A stretch of DNA of 63,350 nucleotides, counting the filler, from Collodictyon triciliatum (lineage: Eukaryota): the NCBI GenBank assembly GCA_043381765.1. It is 8 parts of 8 records of this genome, joined end to end, with 100 filler letters (N's around TTAATTAATTAA, not from the genome) between each part and the next. Parts side by side here need not be neighbours in the genome. Positions count along the whole stretch, not along the records: positions 40,385 to 48,352 come from JBHJMP010003647.1; positions 48,453 to 56,414 come from JBHJMP010003650.1; 6 more parts are not named here. The stretch is one strand, 5' to 3'. Made by a program: the position numbers and the translations under genes. Positions 44,333 to 54,065 of the stretch are shown one piece after another. Position 1 is the stretch's first letter. The number at the start of each line of letters is the position of its first letter. The notes below the pieces were generated by a model. That model ran no database searches and had not been told where the DNA came from. It saw nothing but the letters and a program-made list of their open reading frames with translations.

Positions 44333-46644
44333 TATTCATCATCAATGATATGTTTCTTCTTCAAATGTTCTTTGACATATTTGTCGCAAAACTTGTACTT
44401 TCTGGCTTGATCCTTTTTGATTCCTGTCCTTTTCAACTCTTGTCCAAAATATTGGATTGTCCATATATCTTTACGTCCTGCTCTTATCATTACCTCTTTG
44501 AACAGATCGTAAACTTCTGTGGGTGTATGAGTCTTAACATATATGGCAGCAAATCTATCATTTGGGCCACTGAGCATGTAATCTTCATAAGTCATTTGTA
44601 AGAACTGGTCCATTTGTGAAATTTGTAAATGTATCTGTTGTTTCCAGATTTCCTTTTCTTTTTGTTTACCAACAACATAACTTTCACTGTTCCAATTATC
44701 ATCATACTTTGTAAACAGATATCTACAAAATGTCAATACTTGTTCTTTATCCTTTAGAGTATTCTTTAAAAGTTGTTGATCGTCCTCAGGCATCTTTTCT
44801 TCTTTACATTGCACAACCACATATCGTCGATTGCTAACAGACATATTAAAGACTGATACATTGTTTGTATTACAACATATGTGGACATAGTTGTTAGTCG
44901 TATACTTGTTTTGACCTTTCTTGTGAATAACAATGTCATTAGCCACTAAAGCATCTTTCATAACATCAGTAAACTGGACAGCTTCCTTGCGTTGTCCCTC
45001 CTCTAGCAAAACATATAATTTGTTCTCTAGTAAATCGTTAAATTCACCAAAAAACTCGGCCATCTTGCTCGAACTTACCCCATACTGCTTACCGATGATT
45101 TTTTCTATTAACAAGTCATGAGTAATAAATGATTTGCCAATACCCTCTGTTTCGCTATAGAAAACAAGACAAGTATGAAAACGACCCATCTCATGAGGAG
45201 CAAACAATAAATGAGCAAACCATTGTATGACATAAGCATAAACGTCAGAATCTCCATTACACAATCGATAATATAAATGTATGTTGATCGGGTTGTCCTT
45301 GTAAAAATGGCTAGCCTCTTCATCTGTAAGTTGTACCTTTATGTCTCCATGCTTTTGTATTTCATAACCTCTGAACATATTGTATGTTTGAGGATATATT
45401 GATTGATCTAAATCTATTGGTAAATCTGGACGCATCACCAGTTTACTGACTATTCGTTTATGTTTGTCTCTTTTCAAATCATCAATGAATTCAATGTCAG
45501 CTTTCGAGATTTTGTAATGATAATGTCCGTATTGTACTTTGGCTTCACTTTGCGTATATGTGTGTAACGTACCATCCTCGTTAATTCTCATAAATTTACC
45601 ATTCATGATAAAATGGTCTTTTTCGTATATTTCCTTGATATAGTTGTAAGCATAATGTCCTTCTTTTGCTTTGACATCTTTACGTAACTCGGTAAATGTG
45701 TCACGATCTAGGTATTCTAGAAATAGGTCAAACAATGTTCCTACTCCTAACTCGCTCTTGACTTCGTTTTGCTGAACATTGTCGATCACACTTTTCAGCT
45801 GATTGATTCTATCTTCTGTAGTCGATTTGGATTTATCTGGCATTTGCTCACAAATTCTTAACCAGAACTTTGTCACATCACGTAACCCATTATTAACAAT
45901 TATGTAGCATACCTTTATCCATGTGTCATAGTCATCTGGTAAATTTTTAAACAACTCCTGGTCTAAAGCCATTCTGACTAAACATTCGCATGTTGCTCTT
46001 TCTTGGAAATCAGGAAATTTATTTCGATTAACCTTGATTTCTTCTATCTCTGGGTCGACTGGTGTGTCAGATGTTTGTGGTTCTTTTCTTTTCTTTGACT
46101 TGTACTTTGCTATCAGAGGCGTCATGTCAAATTCCTGTATATTGTTGTATATCAACTTGTCTTGTCGTTCCCACATGTTTTTTGTTTTGAATATGACATC
46201 TATGTCCGGATATTTTTCGTCTAAAACTTTTGTGCCCTCCCATTGCGGATTCCAGTTAGCTGGCTTCTTTATGTACATATGAATGCCTTTTGTGTTTCCT
46301 GGTGTCCAACACATATCATTTGTAAAACTTGCTATTCCCAATTTTTCTCCAAGTTGGCTAGGAGTGTGTATGTTTTTGTCATCACAGTCAATGCAAACAA
46401 CATCCCAGTACTTTAGAAATAATGAGAAACATCGTTGAACGTTTTTGCTTTCTTCCACTCTCAAATTGCGTTTCAATCTAGCAATATAATTACCTGATGA
46501 CTTGCTTTTTTCTTTCCATTCGGGTAAATCAACCAACGCACAGTTGTTTTTCTCTCTAACCGTTTCTTTTTGCCCATCAATCAAAACATAATGCGCATAC
46601 GCATATGGCACTTGTTTAGTAATCAAAAACTCTCCAATGTCCAT
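44332..46644 (-). CDS. AEP primase(-polymerase)-PriCT-SF3 helicase fusion (NrS-1/D5-like), 770 aa
   Basis: AEP motifs VCIDCDD, TPGNTKGIHMY and DIDVI. PriCT-2-like DYDTWIKV..FW. Helicase YVIQWFAHLL, Walker A SETEGIGKS, FGEFN..ENKLYVLLEE (Walker B), CNTNN, arginine finger NRRY. Confidence 0.9.
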   Translation of the reverse strand: MDIGEFLITKQVPYAYAHYVLIDGQKETVREKNNCALVDLPEWKEKSKSSGNYIARLKRNLRVEESKNVQRCFSLFLKYWDVVCIDCDDKNIHTPSQLGEKLGIASFTNDMCWTPGNTKGIHMYIKKPANWNPQWEGTKVLDEKYPDIDVIFKTKNMWERQDKLIYNNIQEFDMTPLIAKYKSKKRKEPQTSDTPVDPEIEEIKVNRNKFPDFQERATCECLVRMALDQELFKNLPDDYDTWIKVCYIIVNNGLRDVTKFWLRICEQMPDKSKSTTEDRINQLKSVIDNVQQNEVKSELGVGTLFDLFLEYLDRDTFTELRKDVKAKEGHYAYNYIKEIYEKDHFIMNGKFMRINEDGTLHTYTQSEAKVQYGHYHYKISKADIEFIDDLKRDKHKRIVSKLVMRPDLPIDLDQSIYPQTYNMFRGYEIQKHGDIKVQLTDEEASHFYKDNPINIHLYYRLCNGDSDVYAYVIQWFAHLLFAPHEMGRFHTCLVFYSETEGIGKSFITHDLLIEKIIGKQYGVSSSKMAEFFGEFNDLLENKLYVLLEEGQRKEAVQFTDVMKDALVANDIVIHKKGQNKYTTNNYVHICCNTNNVSVFNMSVSNRRYVVVQCKEEKMPEDDQQLLKNTLKDKEQVLTFCRYLFTKYDDNWNSESYVVGKQKEKEIWKQQIHLQISQMDQFLQMTYEDYMLSGPNDRFAAIYVKTHTPTEVYDLFKEVMIRAGRKDIWTIQYFGQELKRTGIKKDQARKYKFCDKYVKEHLKKKHIIDDE

Positions 46645-46825
46645 TCTCTTGTAAGTACTTTAATAATGTATATTAAACGCATTTCTTTAAACCAACATTT
46701 TTGACTTTTTATGCTAGACTGTCAGAGTTAAATGACTTTTGGGGCAACCTCCGTATAAAATAAAAATCGTTTGTTCAACAAAATAACTTTCTTCTCTCTC
46801 TATGAAACCCTTTAAAATCCTGTAT

Positions 46826-46942
46826 ATCTTACATTTCTTACTTTTTAAGAAATATATAAATATATTGTTATACAAAGTAGTAAGGGAGAGTAAGAAAAGA
46901 GTTCTGCTAGATATTGAAAAAAACCATGTAAGACTGTAAGAT
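46826..46942. promoter_or_regulatory. Candidate replication origin: inverted CTTAC/GTAAG repeats around an AT-rich core
   Basis: CTTAC at 46828 and 46837; AT-rich core 46842-46876; GTAAG at 46880, 46890, 46928 and 46936. Lies in the largest internal non-coding gap, just upstream of the primase-helicase. Confidence 0.45.
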
Positions 46943-46943
46943 T

Positions 46944-47114
46944 TTAATCGAATAGGACTTTCACTGGACCCTCTATCAACCCGTATAATTCTGGTAATCT
47001 GACTTTATTCTTTCGCTTCCTTCGTTTGTTTTTCTCTAGCGAGTCAAGGAAAGCCTGTATCTCTTCAAAAGTTTTAAACTCAATCACCTCGTCAACTGTA
47101 TATAATCGTAGCAT
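46944..47114 (-). CDS. Small 56-aa basic protein missed by the ORF track
   Basis: MLRLYTVDEVIEFKTFEEIQAFLDSLEKNKRRKRKNKVRLPELYGLIEGPVKVLFD*. Starts 16 nt after the ATPase stop on the same strand; NLS-like KRRKRK. Confidence 0.6.
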   Translation of the reverse strand: MLRLYTVDEVIEFKTFEEIQAFLDSLEKNKRRKRKNKVRLPELYGLIEGPVKVLFD

Positions 47115-47130
47115 ACCTATGATTAGATAT

Positions 47131-47853
47131 TTAAAAGAGGATCTCTTCCGTAAAGTTCTTGTAAGCCTTGATTCTACGAGGCACCATCAAGTTGACGTAG
47201 AGAAAGCAATAGGGGTCTGCTGTAGCAAAATCAAAGACTTCATCAAAGAGTTTCTGATCGAGATTTGTCATTTCATTGAGAGCCTCTCGTTCGTGTTTGT
47301 TGTCTGTAAAGAAAGCTACCAAGTGGCTTGCGTTTTGACGGACTTTCGGATTAAACAATCGAATGGCATGACCCACTACAATCATAGACAACCTGTAGTG
47401 CCTGTGTTGAAGCATTTTCTTGAGCAAGGTCTTACTCGGTCTTTCAAATGAAGTACCCAAGTCATCTACCACGAGGAGGTAAGCATTGTCTTTGAAATCG
47501 GGGTCCTCTGTAATGTCGTTTGTAATTTTCTCAAATACCTGCTCATTGAAATCGTCGTACATGCGACTTTTGTGAAATTTGACACCCTCGTAACTCGAAT
47601 CGTGGATTTCTCCTCCGGAAATGTTTGAAGAGCAGAAATACACTTTGTCAAAGATCTGGTGATACATTTCCTTCTTTCCCAGCAAATTACTGATTAATGT
47701 CGTTTTACCACTAGCAACTTTCGCAGAGATGAGCATCCAGAATGGCCTATCACTTTTTGCGTCTGGTAATATATCCAAGATTACTTCCCGCTTGTTTTTC
47801 TTGACTGTCTGGAGTGGTTCAACCTTGATGTTGTTTATCTTTTTGCTTTCCAT
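47131..47853 (-). CDS. A32/FtsK-HerA-family genome packaging ATPase, 240 aa
   Basis: Walker A variant ISAKVASGKTT, Walker B LLVVDDL, family motifs HRHYRLSMIVVGH and PKVRQNAS, C-terminal PYCFLYVNL..YKNF. Confidence 0.93.
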   Translation of the reverse strand: MESKKINNIKVEPLQTVKKNKREVILDILPDAKSDRPFWMLISAKVASGKTTLISNLLGKKEMYHQIFDKVYFCSSNISGGEIHDSSYEGVKFHKSRMYDDFNEQVFEKITNDITEDPDFKDNAYLLVVDDLGTSFERPSKTLLKKMLQHRHYRLSMIVVGHAIRLFNPKVRQNASHLVAFFTDNKHEREALNEMTNLDQKLFDEVFDFATADPYCFLYVNLMVPRRIKAYKNFTEEILF

Positions 47854-47855
47854 AC

Positions 47856-48182
47856 TTATCTAAATAAAAGATTTGAATCATATGAGAGTTCTCTGACTTG
47901 AGCCTTGTCTACTGTTTCCTTAATTCTTCGCTTTTCGATTTTTCTAGCCTCTTCCTTTGTGAGATACTGTTTGATTAAAGACACGTCGTGCTGTAACGAA
48001 GAATAGTCGTGAATGGGTTTTTTGACAGCCTCGTATTTCTTGACCGTCTGGACAATCTCCTTATTCATCTTTTTCGCTTCTGTCGCTTTTGGTTGAATTC
48101 TTGCTAGATGTGCTTTCTGCTTTTCAGAGGCTACGCGTTTCTTTTTTGGTTTCTCAATGGTTTCCTTTTCAGAATCACTCAT
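47856..48182 (-). CDS. Element Lys-rich protein, 108 aa
   Basis: KPKKKRVASEKQKAHLAR basic segment; stop is 2 nt before the ATPase ATG. Confidence 0.75.
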   Translation of the reverse strand: MSDSEKETIEKPKKKRVASEKQKAHLARIQPKATEAKKMNKEIVQTVKKYEAVKKPIHDYSSLQHDVSLIKQYLTKEEARKIEKRRIKETVDKAQVRELSYDSNLLFR

Positions 48183-48217
48183 ATGAATCCATAGAAAAAA
48201 ATTTCTAAACGAGTAAT

Positions 48218-48352
48218 ATGGACAAAGCGTTTTATATTTATGTTGATTCCGAAAACCGAGAAAGCGGAAGTATCGCAGACTTTAATTTCGCAACGACACA
48301 GAACAGATATGTGTCAAGCAAAGCAAAAATTGGGCTAGAGAGCATCCAGATA
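48218..48352 (+). CDS. Probable minor capsid (penton) protein N-terminus, truncated
   Basis: FYIYVDSENRESGSIADFNF...KIGLESIQI resembles the hxhDSxxR..G...F start of PLV/virophage single-jelly-roll minor capsid proteins, and sits beside the packaging ATPase module. Only 45 codons are available. Confidence 0.6.
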
Positions 48353-49260
48353 NNNNNNNNNNNNNNNNNNNNNNNNNNNNNNNNNNNNNNNNNNNNTTAA
48401 TTAATTAANNNNNNNNNNNNNNNNNNNNNNNNNNNNNNNNNNNNNNNNNNNNAAAAAACAAAAAACAAAAAACAAAAAACAAAAAACAAAAAACAAAAAA
48501 CAAAAAACAAAAAACAAAAAACAAAAAACAAAAAACAAAAAACAAAAAACAAAAAACATGTCGCTGGTGCAAACTTCGAATCAAATAAAGGTGAGAAAAA
48601 CCATAAAAGCACAAACACAAATGTTTGCTTGGCAACTTTTTTTGTAGGGAGAAACCATCAAACCACCACAGACATGACAAATTGTTATTCACAGGCCCAA
48701 ACACACCGATGGATTTAGAAAGAGCGGGCTCTTCGTTACGAAGAAGGACACCATCCGGCCCCTCAGCATTAGCAGCCGATCCTGCGCCAAATACCTTGGA
48801 AATAGTTGGTATTTGTTCATTGTTTTGTACTTTATTGGCCACAGTCGTTTTGGATGGGTTTTTGATATGTGCAACATGCACACTATATGCAGCAGAAAAA
48901 GGCAAAATAATAATACAATATTGGTCTAGGAGGCCGTGAGGACACTTCGCTCGAATACAAAGTAGGCCAAAAAATCCATTCTTTGAATGAAAAAAAAAAA
49001 AAAAGGAGAAAATGGAAAAGAAAGAATGGTGCTTATACAAAATAGATATTCATATGCTGCATCCTTGTCATGTGTAGCAAAGTTCTTTGCATGAATACCT
49101 ATTTATCATCAACCACATGAAATAACCTTGATGAAAGTAGAGATAGAACATTTGCTTTTCATCACAAAATTTTGTTAAGTCGATATTTGAAATCGAACGA
49201 AAGGACAAAGATGCAAAAATAGAAATATCCTGGAATGCAAATCCATCAAGCAATTTTGTT

Positions 49261-49720
49261 ATGGCAGAACAAACAATTGAAGGGGACTTTCTAATGGTAA
49301 AAATAACGTGACTTTATTCTACATTTCAATCCATTCGCGTTTTCCAGCTGATAATACCGAATATCAGTTTTATATACCTCGTCTTTTATTTATATTTACT
49401 TCCCATCTTCGAGTGTAGTAATTGTATTCGTAGACAATATTTCAAATGAACTGAATCGTATTTGAATTCGGCATTATACCAACAGGAGTCAGATGGAGAT
49501 GATTCCATTATTTCGTTCGAGTTACCTGAGGGATATCATAGCTTATTTCTCAATCGCTTCATGATTGACGAAGAGAAAGAAAAAGTGAATACAATACCAA
49601 TTATTTTTCTCTCTCCTTTATTTAAACAAACCAAAAAACCAAAAAAACCAAAAAAACCAAAAAAAAACCAAAAAAAACCAAAAAAAAAACCAAAAAAACC
49701 AAAAAAACCACTTATAATCG

Positions 49721-49764
<44 letters not shown>

Positions 49765-52700
49765 GTTTTTGTTAGAGCAGATTGAATGCATGACTGCAGA
49801 AAACTCTTTGGATGGCTTGCTGGACGTCTTTGATAAGGGAAAATGCTATATTGACACAATTATACCTGGCTGCACCGAACCTCTTCATAGTAATTATTTA
49901 TTATTTCACAATTTATTTTAGTTCTCAATATTTTTTTTAGTGATTACGAACAATCAATTCATTCCAGTTTCAGCGTACTTGAAGTCTCACTCTGCAATTT
50001 CCTTCCTACTTGAAAATGTAAGAACTGGGATTTGAATATGTTTCCATTATTCTAGTGAGGAAGTTGATTTTTATATTTAAATTTTTACCTCAACAAAATT
50101 TCTGACATAGTCCGCATTCTTTTTTTATGCCTATATAAAAGGGATTTGATCCGGATTCGAAGGATAGGAAACACAGAACTCCAATATGGATATCCACGCT
50201 CATTGTATGGTGTCTAACCGAGTATTTTTTTTTGTAACTATTAATCATGATTTATATTACAGGGTTCATTTTCAATCACAAAAAGACTTATGCGAGAGAG
50301 TGTCAATCCATTCATTGCTGATGTCGATGGGAATACAGGTGAACCTCATGAATATAAAGAGAACAGTAAAATTTAACTTGACGGAATACATGCAATATAT
50401 ACTATCGCATTTGATATATGCCGATTAATTCTATATATTCCATTCAATTGCGACCATCGACTTCCTCTTTTTAGTGCTACATGTATCTGTAAGAGAGAAT
50501 AATACGAAAATACTAAAGTACTATCTTGGGGTGAGTCATATACTATCCAATATTCAATATATTTTAAAATTACAGGAAATTCAATCGATATTTTTCTCTC
50601 CGTATTTTACATATAGCTCAGAATAGGGAAAGTACTCGACTCGATAGATAAGCACGTAAAATTATAAATTGAAATCAGAATTACCTGATAAATAGCCACT
50701 CATTTGTTCAATATCCCTATTGAGTGATTTGTTTTCGATAAATATTTTACCTCTTTGGTGTCTCTTTAGTCTCATTGATCTTTACTCAAAAGGGTCTCAC
50801 GCCTTTGGAATACGCGGTCGTTCTTGGAAACTTTGAGGCAATCAAACTACTAATCCACTACGGTAGCGACCCTCATGTAGAGGGTCCACCTATTATGTCC
50901 ATGCCGGAAAAAAAACTTCTTCATGGGGAGAGTGGAGGTGTCACGTTGCTTCATAGAGCAGTTTGCAGAGGATACCACGAGGTATATCCGTTTTGTGTGT
51001 GTTCTAAGAAAACAATATTTGAATCGCTTTCTTAACAATTCTCTCGGACTTTGAATTCCAATATCACATTTTCTTTGGAATTAACATGTATATTTTTTTT
51101 CAATGCGAAGCATACCTGTTAGAATGAAATGATATTTTTATTTCACTTGAACAGGATTTTATTGTACCTTTTTAGATTGTAGAGTATCTATTGGGGATTT
51201 TGTTGGATGTAAACTCAAAGACACACAAGCTCGGAGTTACACCCATCCAATTAGCTCTTTTGTCTGGACATGAGGACATTTCCTTTTCCTTACTGAATTG
51301 TGGTGCAAGTGCCAAAGTTATATCAAGTCGAGGTCGAAGTACCGTGTTTGCCGCGTGCAAGGTAATCATATATATGTCCATTTAAAATCAAAGTTCTATG
51401 TATAAAGTGAATGGGTGAAAAGCAAATTATTTTTTCTGTCTCAACAACCTGTTGTGCGCTTTTTTTGGATCAATTGTTTAGTGAACCAACCAATTTCCGC
51501 GTAGCATGGATTCACATCACTTATAAAACCACTTGTTGAATGCGGGGCATCTTTGGCTGAAAAAGAACAAGGGAGGACAGTTCTTATGGCAGCTGTGAAA
51601 TACAGGCGGTATGATACAAGTGAAAAACTATTGAAGTTGGGGTAATATTATAGTTTTTCAACATAATTAAAAAAGTCGAAATATATAAGTCAGAATTCCA
51701 TTTTTTCCTTAATTAAAAAAATAACAATAATGAAAGGCTATATTTACCCCACAAAAACCAAATAAAATCATCCGAAAAATGAACTAAGCATACTCAATAT
51801 TATGGTAAGTACAGGGCCGAGCCAAACACTCAAAATCGAGAAGGGATGACAGCGCTCCATATTGCCATTAAAAATCAAGATTATGAAGTATATAACCTTT
51901 TGTCGGAATTGTAAATTGTGCTCTAATAATGAATTTATAATAGATGGTAAAGCTTCTCCTTAGTTTTAGGGCAAATAAGTCTATAGCTTGTAAAAATAAG
52001 TTTAATGCATACTTTTACGCGGTCTATCGAAATCAAACAGATATACTTGATCTATTGCTATCAGGTATACTCATTTTCATCGAATAATTGATGTGTTCGA
52101 TATTGCTTTGATATTTATATATATCCAAACTCCTTAGATTCAAGTATCGGCATCGACCATATTGGGACAGAGGGTAGCACTGTCCTGCATTGGGCTGCCG
52201 GAAGAGCCTCAGAGAATTGTATCAGCCATATACTGAATACAGGAAAGGTAAATTGATACTATCGAAAGTTGAGATGCTATTATGAGAGCAATCACATATA
52301 TGAAAGGAGACTTGATATTTTCTTGTCAAAGGTATCAGTGAATTCAAGGGATTCGAGTCACATGACTCCACTATACTGGGCAATAGAAAAAGGGAATTCA
52401 AAGGTAGTCTTAACTCCACCATTTTCTACCTTTTTTTTTTAACCCTCTTTATATATGACAACATTTTCTTCAATAATTATGGTACATCGACGCAGAATGT
52501 ACAATATCTTCTTGAGAGAGGGGCAAATCCGGGTGTGACCACATCTGAAGATGTGACCCCTCTGATGTGGGCTTGCAAAGCAGGGAGCGTAAAGATACTC
52601 AAGCTTTTGATTGAGGTTAGCAGTAGTATATTTTTGAACGAAAACAATGTCACTGAAGACCTGTAACACAGATGAGGACAAAGCATATTTCAAGCATGTC

Positions 52701-53844
52701 TGTGATTACCTTTCGAACCAATAAGTGAAGCATGTAATCTTCCTGTGCGCAATTAGCCATCAACATCCATTTTAGGCAGGAGCAAACTTTGGTTTAAAAG
52801 ATAAATCAGGGCGGAGCGAGCTTCATTGGGCCGTGCTTGGGAATAGCGCAGAGGTCTCATCGTTATGCTTTACCCTTTTGATTTCTCGAACGCCCTAAAA
52901 CAATCTTTCTTCTTTCTCTGGAAATATCAATTTGGATCAAATCAGCTGGCAATACACCTATCCACTTTTCAACTAAACAATCAGATAATCGGCATTCTTT
53001 TGGATACGGGCTCTGATGCCATGTGCTGCGATATAGGCGGGTTAAGAGTATGTATGAAACAAGAACTATAACCAATTATGAATGAAAATCCCAGATAAAA
53101 TGCAGTGACCTGAAAGATAAATCACGAGCTCTCAAAATTAGCCGATTCACTACGCAGCTTACTATGGTTGTTTGGAGGCTTGCAAGGCTATAGTCGCAAA
53201 GGGAATTCATGTGGACCTTCTTGACGATAGAGGCCGAACGCCATTGATGTGGGCAGCTGCTAAGGGCCATTGTGGTTGCCTCATATTTCTCTTGCAAGAG
53301 GGAGCAAATGTAAATACCATATCCAGATATTTCATCTATCAATAAAGCAGCTACGAGGAAAATCACTTGTTGACTCTTAATACATATTTTGGAAGCTCCG
53401 ATTCGTAGACTCCGAAGGGCAATCAGCGTTATTGCACGCATCGAATTTGGTATGGGTTATTCATATTTTATACTTACTTTCGAGCGGTAAGGATATCGAA
53501 TGATTTTTTTTTCCTTTATTCAGGATATCGAATGATTTTATTATTATGAGTCTTTTTGTTTTGTTTTTGTTTTTGTTTTCCCTTTCTTTTATACCCAGAG
53601 CCAACAGAATGCCGCTCGTGTCCTTGTCGATTTTGACCATGGAAGAAGTTCGAGTATTCCTGTGTCACTCGTGGGCGATTCGCGTCCCAACAGAATTGGA
53701 AAAACGTTGAAAAGTGAGCACACACATGATCAAGAGAAAAGTGACGCACATGGACACTCGCAATCTGCATTCCCTCCCATCAAAGTGGCATCTAGAGGCG
53801 GAAAGAATGATATGGGTCTCCAAAGAAGAGGAAAGTCTGTCTAA
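49261..53844 (+). CDS. Multi-exon ankyrin-repeat protein (start uncertain)
   Basis: Repeats GLTPLEYAV, GVTLLHRAV, GVTPIQLAL, GMTALHIAI, GSTVLHWAA, HMTPLYWAI, DVTPLMWAC, GRTPLMWAA. Stop at 53842-53844. Confidence 0.88.
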
Positions 53845-54065
53845 TTTTTTTAAGGAAAAAAAAAACGGAAAAAACAGAAAAAAAAACCAAAAAGGAAAAC
53901 ATCGCAGAGGGTGTATTTATTCATTACATCAATTTCTTATTTATAGAAGAGAAAAGCCAATAGGTATTTTTTTTCTTAAAAAGTAATAAACCATGAGGCT
54001 ATATTTAAGGTTGATGGAAGTAAAATCTGTAGACTCGGGGGAAAAGAATTTTTCCTTTTTTTTCT

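Larger units (their letters stand above)
41186..48352. mobile_element. Polinton-like virus / virophage-like dsDNA element, probably endogenous; right part missing at contig end
   Basis: Nine tightly packed intronless ORFs with no microsatellites, unlike the rest of the window. Includes rve integrase, primase-helicase, A32 ATPase and probable minor capsid. Left boundary is inferred from a TG...CA palindrome. Confidence 0.9.

Noticed and set aside
48558-48940. GC-richer patch at the start of contig 7 with open frames on both strands
   Set aside because: I could not build a consistent spliced frame or recognise a domain.
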